A stretch of DNA of 64,000 nucleotides from a virus, in the IMG/VR virus record IMGVR_UViG_3300031576_001126, positions 64,001-128,000 of that record; one strand, written 5' to 3'. Of the stretch, positions 1 to 11,900 are shown piece after piece (positions within the stretch are counted from its first letter, which is position 1; each line of letters opens with the position of its first letter). The position numbers and the translations under genes are program-made. A model generated the notes under the pieces. That model was given only the letters and a program-made list of their open reading frames with translations, had not been told where the DNA came from and did no database searches.

Positions 1-2
1 CA

Positions 3-3000
3 ACATTAGGCGAGCTAAGAAGAGACCCCGTTCTTAGAGGAGCTTTCCCACAATTTTCAACTGATCAAATTGATAACGGTCAAATTAGATCTCATTATTT
101 ATTCTATAATTTAACAGCGGATGATGATAATGATAATGCGTTCAAAATCTATCTAAGACCAAAAGCATTAACATTTAGTGAAAATGGAGCAATTGACAAA
201 ATAGACGAACAAGATTCGGTTCTTTCTTCACAAATCTCATTTATAGATTTTCAAATGTCTCCGGAAACAGATTGTGTTTTTGCTGGAACATCTCCAACTG
301 GGAATCCAATAAATATTTCCAAAGTATTTATCGGAAAAGGAAAAATTTCTCCAAAAGCCTTGTCATATGCCGAGAGAAATCCACAAGACAAACAATTTTT
401 GACAAATCCAAAAATAGCCCCAATTCCATTTAAAAACGAGGGGAATTTAACACAGGCAAATAATAGTTTGTGGACCATGGCAAACCGATGGGGAGTTGAA
501 CAAGATGATGAAAACTTTAGTCATAATCCAGATTCGTACAATGCTTCTTTTAGAATAAAAATCCCATTATATAAATATGTTCCATATTATCATCCTGGAA
601 GTGTAAATTATTCAAATACTCCAACCAATCCACAACCCCCGGTTCCATACATTTTTGATGCAAATCCTGATCAAGATGTAAATTATGTTATCGGTTGGGA
701 TACCATAACCATGGAAACCAAAGACGATTCATCGTTTGTAAACGAGGCTTTGCCGCAATCTGATGTTATTTATCGTGGAGATTTTATTAGATTCATGGGC
801 ACAACCAGAGCCATGGGACAAATCAATCCATTTTTATACAATTTCGAAAAATGGTCGGAGCCTGGAATTGCTCAAGGAACAATTTTAAGAGTAAGAGACG
901 ATGGAGTATTTCAACCATTTATGTTAAAACCAGAGGATTATTTTTTCTTTGGGAAAACAATGTTTGAAGATGGATGGTTTTATGATGGCACTCATTTTAA
1001 TGGGGTAGACAAGGGATTATATTCAATTGGAGATTTGTTAAGAAATAAAACCTCAACAAACTCTGATATATATATTATAAATTTTTCATCGTATTTGTTT
1101 CGAAGATCCATCGAGGCCGCAAATAAAAGTGTTTTCTTAAGCGCCGATGAATATACAGATGATCTATTCGCTATAGATGATAATATACCAAATCCAAATT
1201 CAACACTGTTGGACGAGACTGTTCTTGAGGCAGCTTCTTCAACAAATGGCCCATCTTTTATTTACAGAATAACAATAGACAATGATTTTCAAAACGCACT
1301 AATTACAGGAGATGACTTGTCTGCTCAGGGACATTATGGAAGAACAGGATCTATTGATGATAGATGGCTGGAAGACGAATCAAACTCATATGGCGGATAT
1401 TATTTGATAGAAAGAATAAGTGATTTCGATACGGCAAATCAAATAAAAAGAATTATCACAATTGGCGGCAGTGACTTTAATTACACCACGATGAGCCCAG
1501 TGGATAGATTCGATATTGATATTACTCCGGTTTCTGGAAAATCAACAAGAATAACTGGAGACAATTTTTCAATGGGCAATATATTTGGCAACATAATACC
1601 AAACGAAGACAACAAGGTGAAGTTGTTTTTTGATTTTAAAGAAATAAACGCCGGAATAGAAAATATCAAGATATTTCAAGTTGATCTGGAAACAGCGCCC
1701 ATAAATTTTGGGGATACCAACCTCAACGTTATTGATTCGGCCCAATATATAGGGCCTTTAAACACGGGAAACGATGATACAAAAATCGGCATATTGATGC
1801 AGAAGATAAACAATAGACAATTTGATTTGAACATACCATCAACCGTGACAAATGCCTTGGCAATCATTAAAACATCAAGAAGTCCGCTATCTTTGATGGA
1901 ATATTATTTTGATAATAATATAACTTTATGGGAATCAGCCGAAACATCAGAAAGAACAATAATAGACGCAAGCTCAGGAACCCCAACAGAAAAAACGATA
2001 GAATATACTTCAGATCAGGCTGGATATTTTCATGAAATAACAGTCGTTGGAACTGGACTCAAATTGCTGTTTATTCAAGCACAAGATAGAAGCGGAAATA
2101 TTTCCGACATTTATAGCGTTCCAGTTTTTATTCCTGCGGCTTCAACAATACAACAAACGAACAGCATTAAGAGCGCTGTAACTTCCGCCGATGACGGACA
2201 AGTCATAAGAACAACAACAACGGCAACAATTTACGGAAATGATTTTAATTTTGTTGAACACCTTCTTACTGTAGATGTCGATAAATCAAGATCTATAATG
2301 ATAAAAAAATTAATTATAGAAGATTTGGAAGATCCTGGCAATTATAGAGCCGTAGAAAACGTAAACGATCTCCTTGCTGGATTTAGTGATAATTATGGAT
2401 TAAGTTACAATCTATATTCTCCTTTGTCTTCAATTACATCCTGGAGATTCACAAGGCCATTTTCCATAAGAATAAAATCTCTAGACGAAAATTTAAGAAA
2501 GAAAGAACCTATGTGGTATTTCGATCCCAACCACGTAAGACATTATAAGACCGATACTGATGCTGATTTTATCTTATTAAGTCAAAATGATAAAATTCAA
2601 TCAAATAATTCCGTGTCCAACGTTACTCTTTTTGGGTTTCAACTTTCATCATCGGGAAGTGTTAACGACACAAATCCGGTGGCTGACATATTGTATAAAT
2701 TTAAAGAAGAGTTTATTGGGAAAACAATAAAACTTGGAAATATAATGGACAGGTCTTTCACTATTCTGAATATATTTAAAAAATCTTTGAATTCTGTTCT
2801 TAAAACAGCAGAACCAAATTCTCAAGCGGTTCATTCGAGTGGAACAAAAACAATAGATGGATCAACTGAAAAAGTTTGGGTTGTAATAGAAGATCCAGAT
2901 GCCCTCGGAGCTATGATAGCCAGTCGTAAAATGCAATATGCCAGAAGCAACAGCAACCAAGCTAATTTTGATAGGTTTAAAAAACACACATTCAAAAACA

Positions 3001-5225
3001 ATAGCACGGACTTTTCGGGCTCTGTATATACCCAAGTTTTTGGATACGAACCAGTTGAAGCCAATATAGATGATGCTATAAATGAACTTGTAAATGATGC
3101 TTTAAAAATGAATGGGAACGTTATAGCCACGAATGGGAATCCAAATACCTCACCAATAATAAATACGCCCGGTAATGCTGGTGATTTTTCAGAGGGTGAA
3201 CTTAGCATTTTCTTTATTCCAAATTCGGCTCTTAATGCTTCTAGCGGAGTGCCGACGGACGAAGGCTGGACAACACAATTGTTTCAGGCATTTAATGTTA
3301 ATGAAAATGATGAAATAATAGAATCGTCTGGATTAACAATTCTGAATAACTTGACCCAAAGGCAATTAATTGGACTAAAAGTATATAATAGATTTGTTTT
3401 TGGGGAAAGACTTTCTCTAAAGGCCGACATTGATTCTACAAGTATTTTTTCAGTGCCTCTTGGTGGGAGTTTGTTGCTTCTTGATGGAGATCCATTTGAC
3501 GAAACAATGGTTTCCATGGCTTATAAAATAAGAAATAAAACCATAGATGTATTTTTGGAAATAAACAATCCTCAAATAAAAAGGGTAGAAATTGAAGGAC
3601 AAAGTGTCGTTGTCGAAGATGATATTATAGGTTTGATGAATTTTTCTCTCTATGAATATGAATTCATTGTTGAAATAGATCCATTGGACTCTATAGATCC
3701 GGCTTCTGAGGAAAACTTGATTGATGGTTGGTGGCCATCAATCGAGGGTTTGGTTGTTCCTCCCCTGGGAAACAGACTTGGAACAGTTGGATTGTCGAAC
3801 ACTTCGGCAAGAGAAAATGTTGATTTTGCTGTAGTTTCTAATGGGTCTTTTTATGTTCCAGAAAATGGACATTATACTTTCAAATTGGAAATTGACAGTA
3901 GTCTTGGAACTTACGCTGATTTGAACATAGATTTTTTAAGAAATTCATTTGGAGAAGAGATAACAACTACAGTAAAAGATATAATAGATTTTGGCGGGGT
4001 TTTTGTTGAAGAAGATGTTGGAGGATTTTTTAGCACAAATTTAGCAAATCCAGAAAAAACATATTATTTAACCAAGGGATGGCATATAGGAAGATTTAGA
4101 TATGTTGCAAAAGATCAATCAAATACAAATTCAGCAAGTATTTTATATAGCAAAGCAAGCTGGGATGATTCGTCTCTGAAAGCCCCAATGGTGGGAGATA
4201 ATTCTTCAAAATACAGTTTCTTATCAAGAAGTTATAGATCAATATTTTGCAAAATAAGAAATCAACAATTTGAACAAATTTATCCGGATTTATCGGCATC
4301 ATCTATTTCTGCAAGTCAATTTTGTAGAACTGTTCTTGGATTCATCAGAGAGTTAACGGATGTAAGTTCTTCAAATACAGTTAATCAAGTAGCTTTAATT
4401 GAGAGAAATCCACTAGAACCTGATTTTGGAGAAAGAATTTCGACAACTCTCCCCGAAGCTTCTCCAACCTTCGGAGGACAAAAGTTTGAAGAGGTATATG
4501 CGATATATATCTCGAATATCTTTGATACTGGTCTCGATTTTCGTTTTTATCGCACAATTTCTTGGACTCCTCTTCCAACAAGTCTCCCTGCGGGGACAAG
4601 TGTTGAATTTGAAATCCGCACAGGCTCGACAGAAGATGAATTATTAAGCAGAGAATTCAATACCATAATAGCAAATGACGAGACAATAACTTTTGAGCCA
4701 TTCACTTCACCCGGTGCTGATATTATAAGATTCTCCCACACTGGAGCAGGCGATGACCCAGATGATATTAAATTGAATAGATTTATTCAATTTAAAATGA
4801 CATTAAGATCAAGAATAAGAGATGTCACTCCTCAAGTTGATGATGTTACAATAGCATACTCAAAAAGTAATTCTGTTAATTTTTTCACGACCAGTTTTAA
4901 TTTACAAAGCAGACTTTTAAGGGGTATTTTGACGTATAATGGAGAAAAACCTGTTGATCCTAGTGGAATTGCTCTGACCGACATTCAGTTTGGGATTTCG
5001 ACTGAAGAAGTATCAGATGGAATAGTCTCTACAAATTTCTCGGATTACAAAATAATAAATCCAAATGAGGTTTTTTCACTATCTCAAATTGGAGTTCCCG
5101 AAGGTAAAAACTTTAGGGTTGGAATCAGACTAATAAGCAGTTCGGAAAAAGTGCCTGTTGTAGATGAATTCGCAATTATGTTTTCCACTGATGGAAATTC
5201 TGAGCAACTTAATAAGGTTGCATAA
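3..5225 (+). CDS. Giant putative virion (tail/baseplate-associated) protein, 5'-truncated by the window; PA14-like domain and C-terminal beta-sandwich module
   Basis: The frame of the 255..5225 ORF is open back to base 3 (TLGELRRDPV...), so the true start is upstream of the window. A PA14-like segment (FAVVSNGSFYVPENGHYTFKL...YLTKGWH) lies at ~3810-4165. The C-terminal module (YISNIFDTG...GTSVEFEIRTG...RFIQFKMTL...TPQVDDVTIAY) resembles a segment of the 2440-aa protein. Virion role is inferred. Confidence 0.65.
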   Translation, partial: TLGELRRDPVLRGAFPQFSTDQIDNGQIRSHYLFYNLTADDDNDNAFKIYLRPKALTFSENGAIDKIDEQDSVLSSQISFIDFQMSPETDCVFAGTSPTGNPINISKVFIGKGKISPKALSYAERNPQDKQFLTNPKIAPIPFKNEGNLTQANNSLWTMANRWGVEQDDENFSHNPDSYNASFRIKIPLYKYVPYYHPGSVNYSNTPTNPQPPVPYIFDANPDQDVNYVIGWDTITMETKDDSSFVNEALPQSDVIYRGDFIRFMGTTRAMGQINPFLYNFEKWSEPGIAQGTILRVRDDGVFQPFMLKPEDYFFFGKTMFEDGWFYDGTHFNGVDKGLYSIGDLLRNKTSTNSDIYIINFSSYLFRRSIEAANKSVFLSADEYTDDLFAIDDNIPNPNSTLLDETVLEAASSTNGPSFIYRITIDNDFQNALITGDDLSAQGHYGRTGSIDDRWLEDESNSYGGYYLIERISDFDTANQIKRIITIGGSDFNYTTMSPVDRFDIDITPVSGKSTRITGDNFSMGNIFGNIIPNEDNKVKLFFDFKEINAGIENIKIFQVDLETAPINFGDTNLNVIDSAQYIGPLNTGNDDTKIGILMQKINNRQFDLNIPSTVTNALAIIKTSRSPLSLMEYYFDNNITLWESAETSERTIIDASSGTPTEKTIEYTSDQAGYFHEITVVGTGLKLLFIQAQDRSGNISDIYSVPVFIPAASTIQQTNSIKSAVTSADDGQVIRTTTTATIYGNDFNFVEHLLTVDVDKSRSIMIKKLIIEDLEDPGNYRAVENVNDLLAGFSDNYGLSYNLYSPLSSITSWRFTRPFSIRIKSLDENLRKKEPMWYFDPNHVRHYKTDTDADFILLSQNDKIQSNNSVSNVTLFGFQLSSSGSVNDTNPVADILYKFKEEFIGKTIKLGNIMDRSFTILNIFKKSLNSVLKTAEPNSQAVHSSGTKTIDGSTEKVWVVIEDPDALGAMIASRKMQYARSNSNQANFDRFKKHTFKNNSTDFSGSVYTQVFGYEPVEANIDDAINELVNDALKMNGNVIATNGNPNTSPIINTPGNAGDFSEGELSIFFIPNSALNASSGVPTDEGWTTQLFQAFNVNENDEIIESSGLTILNNLTQRQLIGLKVYNRFVFGERLSLKADIDSTSIFSVPLGGSLLLLDGDPFDETMVSMAYKIRNKTIDVFLEINNPQIKRVEIEGQSVVVEDDIIGLMNFSLYEYEFIVEIDPLDSIDPASEENLIDGWWPSIEGLVVPPLGNRLGTVGLSNTSARENVDFAVVSNGSFYVPENGHYTFKLEIDSSLGTYADLNIDFLRNSFGEEITTTVKDIIDFGGVFVEEDVGGFFSTNLANPEKTYYLTKGWHIGRFRYVAKDQSNTNSASILYSKASWDDSSLKAPMVGDNSSKYSFLSRSYRSIFCKIRNQQFEQIYPDLSASSISASQFCRTVLGFIRELTDVSSSNTVNQVALIERNPLEPDFGERISTTLPEASPTFGGQKFEEVYAIYISNIFDTGLDFRFYRTISWTPLPTSLPAGTSVEFEIRTGSTEDELLSREFNTIIANDETITFEPFTSPGADIIRFSHTGAGDDPDDIKLNRFIQFKMTLRSRIRDVTPQVDDVTIAYSKSNSVNFFTTSFNLQSRLLRGILTYNGEKPVDPSGIALTDIQFGISTEEVSDGIVSTNFSDYKIINPNEVFSLSQIGVPEGKNFRVGIRLISSSEKVPVVDEFAIMFSTDGNSEQLNKVA

Positions 5226-5229
5226 ATAC

Positions 5230-5973
5230 ATGAAAAGAACTGGAATAATTTACAAAGCAACAAATAAAATTAACGGCAAATCTTATGTCGGACAAACAAT
5301 AAAAGGTTTTTCAGAAAGAGTTTCTACCCATAAATATGATCAAAAAAATAAAAATTTCCCATTTCAAATGGCTCTTAGAAAATATGGATTTGACAATTTT
5401 GAATGGTCTATAATAAAAGAAAACATTAATATTGAAAAACTAGATGATGAAGAAAAAGAACAAATTATAGTTAACAATACTATGTCTCCCTTTGGATATA
5501 ATGTGACTTGTGGAGGAAATTCAAAGAAAGTGTTTTCAGAAGAATCAAGAAAAAAAATGTCGGAATATGCAAAAAATAGAACACAAGAACACAAAAACAA
5601 ACTAATAGTATCGAGAAACGGATATGTGCATTCAGAAACGACTAGGATGAAAATATCCCAAAAAAATAAGGGGAAGATTGTTTCAAAAGAAATTATAGAT
5701 AGAATTTCAAAAAAAAATACCGGCAAAAAACGTTCGGAAGAAATGAAAAAAAAATTTTCTTTGCGTAATGCAAAAAAAGGAATTAACAAAAATAATACTT
5801 CTGGCTTCAAGGGAGTTAAAAAAACAGGAGATGGGTGGCAAGCTATTTTTAAAGGAAAAAGAGTTGGATTTTTTGCAACGCCCCAAGAAGCTGCAATGGC
5901 ATATGATAACAAAATTATAGAAAACTATGGTATTGATAATTGTGTAACAAATAAAATTCTGGGATTAATATAA
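5230..5973 (+). CDS. Free-standing GIY-YIG homing endonuclease with NUMOD3 repeats and C-terminal AP2 domain
   Basis: Likely start is ATG 5230, just after the upstream stop. GIIYKATNKINGKSYVGQT is the GIY-YIG motif; GYN box; NUMOD3-like SEESRKKMS, HSETTRMKIS, SEEMKKKFS; AP2-like NNTSGFKGV...WQA...VGFFATPQEAAMAYD. Confidence 0.9.
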   Translation: MKRTGIIYKATNKINGKSYVGQTIKGFSERVSTHKYDQKNKNFPFQMALRKYGFDNFEWSIIKENINIEKLDDEEKEQIIVNNTMSPFGYNVTCGGNSKKVFSEESRKKMSEYAKNRTQEHKNKLIVSRNGYVHSETTRMKISQKNKGKIVSKEIIDRISKKNTGKKRSEEMKKKFSLRNAKKGINKNNTSGFKGVKKTGDGWQAIFKGKRVGFFATPQEAAMAYDNKIIENYGIDNCVTNKILGLI

Positions 5974-5974
5974 C

Positions 5975-8900
5975 ATGGCAAATAGACGCACTAGTAAATA
6001 TTTGCTTCAATATTTTGAAGATGGCGATGTATATTCGGCGAAAGCTGATATGCAACGTTTCCAAACAGTAGAGAATCAACTTGATTTGGCATTAAAATTA
6101 AGCGGGGGAGGCGTACTGAGTGGATGGGGATTGTTACAGACTTCAGATCAATCTGGAACCACGGCGATAACTATAAATCCCGGTTTTGGAATTGTTCCAT
6201 TTACCCTCACCAAAATAGATCAAATTACTGGTGTTGCAACAAAAGAACAACATTTTATTGGTGTTAGAACTAATGCCCCCATAATTATCCCAAATTTGGG
6301 ATTAAATAGAATAAGTGTAATTTATATCGAAATAAACAATCAACTTATACAAAATTTACAAAATAATCCAGAAGCTATTATCGATCTTTCCGAAGAAGCA
6401 ATATTAATAATTGTAAGACCCTCTATAAACTCTCCAGCAGGATCCGGACCCTATAGAACAACGACATCGACAAACGAAGCCGGTCTTGAAAAAGATATCT
6501 CAACAGGACAGTCGTTTGATGAATATCCTATTTATTTTAAAAAAATAGATGGATTAACATTTATTCCAGATAACAATAAAGCCGTAGTTTTTATAAATGA
6601 TAAAAAGCTTTTTAGGAGATATTTTACAACCGGGTCCCAGGGAAATGTTATAGGTTTTAACGATCCTCTTCATCAAGAAGATAATGTTATTGTTCGTGTC
6701 GATCCATTAAACAGCTTAGTTATTGGTGAAGTTCGCACAGACAATACTAAAGTAATAGATATAAACAATGAAGCAAAAGAATTTGCAAGAGAAAAATCGG
6801 CAGATTCTTTGGTTGGTCCCGCAACACAATCTCATGTTCATGATGGTCAAGAAGGCAATCCGTCTAAAATTCTATTGACTACAAAAACTGATTTTATATC
6901 TCCATCATCTACGTCGGAAGACAGAATTTTTACTTTTAACAAACCCGACGAATCTGTTTATGGACATAATTTTGCTAATGGAACTTATGAAACTTTTGTT
7001 TATATAAATGGATTTTTTAGTTTTAATAGCGCATCTGTTTTGGATAATGGGAGCACCATAACTGTCACATTTCAACAAAGCTTAGAGCCAATAGATGTTG
7101 TTCAGATTGTTTTAGTTTTGAACAATGATCAAACACAAATAAAAAGCACATTAAATCTTTCAGGAAACAATCCATCTGAAGAAAAAGTCGATATAAACAT
7201 ATCTGGAGATAGTATAAAATTAGATCAGATAGATCCTATTTTAATTCCTGCTATAAGTCATATCGGAAGACACAAAGAGGCAATGCGTCCCGGAAATGAT
7301 CCCTTTTCGTCCAGAGAATATGTCCATCGTTCTGAAAATTTCGATTATCAAGAATTTTATCCAGTTCACAAGAATAAATTTAACGCAAGAAATGCAAAGC
7401 ATATCTTTTTTGATGAAAAAAATTCATCTTTAAAATTAATACATGCTTGTGCTTCTAATGATTTTTTGTATATGGAAACAGACAAATTGATGTTTCAATT
7501 GCCTGAAAATTTTATTGGTGGATGGTCAAGTATAACTTTAAACAAAGATATAAATGAATATGATTCTCCATTTATTATAATCCCAGTAAAAAATCCAATA
7601 AATATCACATCTGATAATTGGGATAGATTGTTTTACGTCGGAAATAGATTTATAAATCAAAACGACTGGCAAGATTTGAACAATCCTGATTTGGACGAAA
7701 TAGTAAATCTTTCATTTGATTTAAATACCACGCCCAATACAGCTAACAGAACCAATATCAATGGCATCAGAATACAAGACGCATGTGGTGGGGAAAGTCC
7801 ACTTTTGATGGATAAAACCGCTTTTATGTTATTGGATAATAGAGTTTATGTTTATGATTATATTTCTAATTTGAGCAAATATTTCTGGCTTGATATAACC
7901 TCGACTCCTCTATGGAATGAGGCTGTAAGTTTGAGTTGCATTGAGGTTGAAGAAAATACAATTCTTTTTGTTGGCACTTCTGATGGGAAAATTTATTGCA
8001 ATATATTGGCAAGCTCTGAAATAAACAATAGAATAGATTCTGGAGCTAATTTTGTTCCTAATGGAAATATTGATTTTAAACCATTCAATATATGGGAAAA
8101 TAATTCTTATAGTTATGGATATGGGTATAGCCAAGCTATTGATTTTTTTGATGTGTTTGGGGTTAGAGGAAATGTTTTTGGATACGGAACATCGGGATAT
8201 GGTTTCGGGAATGAAGAAAAACTTCCAATAAAAGTCGACAATAATTTATTATTTGTAACAGCCAATGTTTCAGAAAAAAATACTGTTGCTACTGTATCAG
8301 ACACCAGCCTATCTCTTGTTAATAATTTATTAAATACTTTTGTTGGGAAAACAAGCGGACTTCCAAACAGCTTTGTTTTATTAGATTGGTTTGAAATAGC
8401 AAATGGACTATCGGGAGAGATTAGAAAAGTAATATTTTCAAACGACAGGCTTGTTGTCACGTCCGATAGCGATGTTTATTATAGTGATGAGGTTGGAGAT
8501 AAAACAAATTTATATTTTAAAGAAGACTATACATGGACGAATGCCTTTGCTCCATCAGATACACACAATGATATTAATTCAACAAGTAATGACATTTTAA
8601 TATTGGCATCAGATAATAGCATTTACCGTGGTGTTTGGAATGGTTTGTTTTATTCATGGTCAGTTTCTGAGAATACAATATATGGAATATCTATAAATAA
8701 TATATTACATCCGTCTTCAACCATTATTGTTGATGAGAATGATATTTATTCTTGTGGGAAATATGGAATTTTCAAAAGTGTTGACGAAGGATTATCTTGG
8801 AGATCAACAACTCAAATAATCGGTCTTCCTGAAGATAGAAATTCTGTTTTTACCACAGAAAAGATAGAACTTAGAGTTTTAGATACCGATCCATCCCTTG

Positions 8901-11900
8901 GGCGAATTATTGTTTCAAAATCGGAATTTCCATATGGCTATGGATACGGCTACGGTTATGGAGAAGGATTGGATTTCTTCGATGTATTTGGTATCGAATC
9001 GACAACATATGGTTATGGTGTTGGAGATTTTGAATCAACCTATTCCAATCAATATGGCTATGGATATGGTTTGGAGATATCGGATATACTTGGTTTTATA
9101 AATGATAACGATTGGATATTCTTTGGAGATAATTCCGGTAGTATATATAGGAATATACCACTAAGAGTTCTTGGACATGGTGTTGATGTATCTGGGCTTT
9201 TTTATCTTGATGTCGAATTGGCTGACGCATCAAAGGCCGATTTTTCAGAAATAATTGAAAATCAAATATTTTCCATATTTAGAAAAAAAGAACCATTAGC
9301 TATAATAAATGGAATACCTCAAGACAGAAGATATGATTCCACTGATATCGAAGAATATGAGGCCGATTATTTTAGACAATCTGTTGTTTTTGATAACGAA
9401 ATAAATCCAGATGATGAGATAACTATAGCGTCCGAATACAAAGCCTATGAGCCTATATTTAAATCAATAATAGGATTGTCTATAGACGATATTCGAGTAA
9501 ATGGATTAACTGTTGCAGTTTTGCCAAGAGATATTGATGCTGATAATTTTATTGTGATTTCGGATTCAGCAAACATAGATGACATAGTAAGAATAACAAT
9601 AAAAAACCTATACATAACAGATGTTGGAAGTTTTTCTCATGAAGAAATAGAAGACAAATTGTCTATTGAAGAACTTGGATTGCCATATAAACTTGAGGGA
9701 ATAAGAACATCTAATCTTCTTATTTCTATTATGGCTATGCAACATATGTTCCCGAATACAACGGATTTGGATTCCGATACAGAAATCAATGGAACTGCAA
9801 CTTCTACCGCAAGAGATTATATCGATGATTCATCGAAAACTTTTGCTCCTGGTTCGCTCATTGGCAGAAGAATAATCTTGGATTCAGAAGATAAAGAGTT
9901 TGACTATACGATAGAAAACAACACAGCAAGTAGAATTTGGATTCTCAGAAAAAGAACATATGATAATTTTTCTGAAAATGCTAACGGCACAGAATCTTCA
10001 TTCTTACTTAGAACGCCAGCCATATTAAATGATTTCAGAGCCTATCTTGACGGGGAAGAACAGGCGTTGACTGCCGATTACACGTTAGAAAGCACACTAG
10101 AAGGCATTACGACAATTGTTTTTACAATGCCCCCTGTTACTGGATCTCATGTTATTGTTGCCTATGTAGCTGTTGAAGACGATTTAGATTTCAGAGATTT
10201 TATAAATGTTGGTGAATTGTATGAAATTCTTCCAATAAAAACCTCTCCTTTTTCAGACTTAATAAACACTTTTGTGACAATGTATGAAGATGAAAGTTCT
10301 ATTGACGTTGAATTTAGCTTTATAGAAAACATTATATTAATTTCAAACGATGATATTGGAAAGAAAACAGACCTGACAAGTTATATTTATTTTAATCCAG
10401 TGGATGAATTCATTTATGCGGGAACCAACAAGGGGATATGGAAAAGAGAAAAAGATGTTTCTGTTTTTTGTAAAACAAGCGAACTTCTTCCAACAATAGA
10501 TGCCACTGGTTCTTTTAATCCACCGGATACTTTAAATGGATTATATGTCCAATATAACAAAACGACAAACGAATGGACGTTGACATGGGGATTGGGAACA
10601 AATCAAAGGGACATAAACGATAATCTCGATGATATAAATATAACTGCCATAGCTCATAATCCCGCTGATACAGATATGATTTTGGCAGGATCCCAGGATT
10701 GTTTATATAGAACGATTGATGGCGGATTGAACTGGAATATTGTTTGGGATTTTAGAACGGACGACAGAATAAAAGAATTCCCTGTGCCAAGGCAAATTGT
10801 TTTCGATGATAAAAATCCCTGGATTGTCAATGTCGTAAATCAATCTGGATTGTTTAGAAGTTTTGATTATGGCAATAATTTTGAAACAATATCCACATAT
10901 GACATTGCAACAAGGAAGCTTGATGCCTCTAGATCTTTTTCTTATCAGGTCGATGACTCAGACATTCGTGGTCTGTATTATTATGGCGAGAATAAGTTAA
11001 AGATAAAAAACTATAAATCAATAAGTTCTTTTGGGGCCGATAATTCTACGGTTATCGAGACGGGAGACAAAAATATACTGGGAATAAGTTTAGCGGATTT
11101 GGTTATAAGGAAGATAGAAAATAATACAAGTAATGTTAATGAGGTTTTCTTGGCTTCTGAGGGATATGGGGTTTTGAAGTCCACTGTAATGGGCAACGAT
11201 CCTCAAGTTTCAAGATATGATTTTAAAAAACAATATTTTAATTTCACAGATGAATTAATAGATCAATTTAACAATCCCAATAATTTAAATTTTATAAATA
11301 ATACTGGGGCGTGGCATTTTCTTCCGGACCCCGATAGACCGGGAGAAACAGTTGGAAGATATGTCATTTTTATAGATAATATTCGTGGAAGAACCTATAT
11401 CTTAACAAAAATAGAAAATGGCAGAAGAGTTCCTACTCATGGGGAATTTATAGGAAAATTCATAACTCTCGAAGCCAATACTGGATTTTATACTTTTAAA
11501 GTAATTGGTCACTATAACAGAGGTTTGTTGCCAAGTAGAACTAATGCAATTTATCCAAATGGCAAAGAAATTTCAAGTCAAATTGTGGAATTTGTTTTAG
11601 ACGGAAGATATCCGTTCCTTTACAATTCTAATTTATTGCCCCTCATAGAGGATCCTCCCGGAAGTGGAAACTTTAGAAGAAAAAGAGAGGGCGATTTTAA
11701 ATATTATTGGTACGGACTTGATGCTCCGTTTAGTACTCATCCAGCTTTATTTCCTGTTATTGTTCAATTTGGATCTCAAGTCCCATTATTTGCCCCAAGC
11801 AATGGGTCGATTAATAGGGCGCTTGTTTCTAATGGAAATTTGTTTGAAAAAAATTTCTCAGGGTTGATAACTTTTGCAAGCTATAGAAGATCTGAAACAT

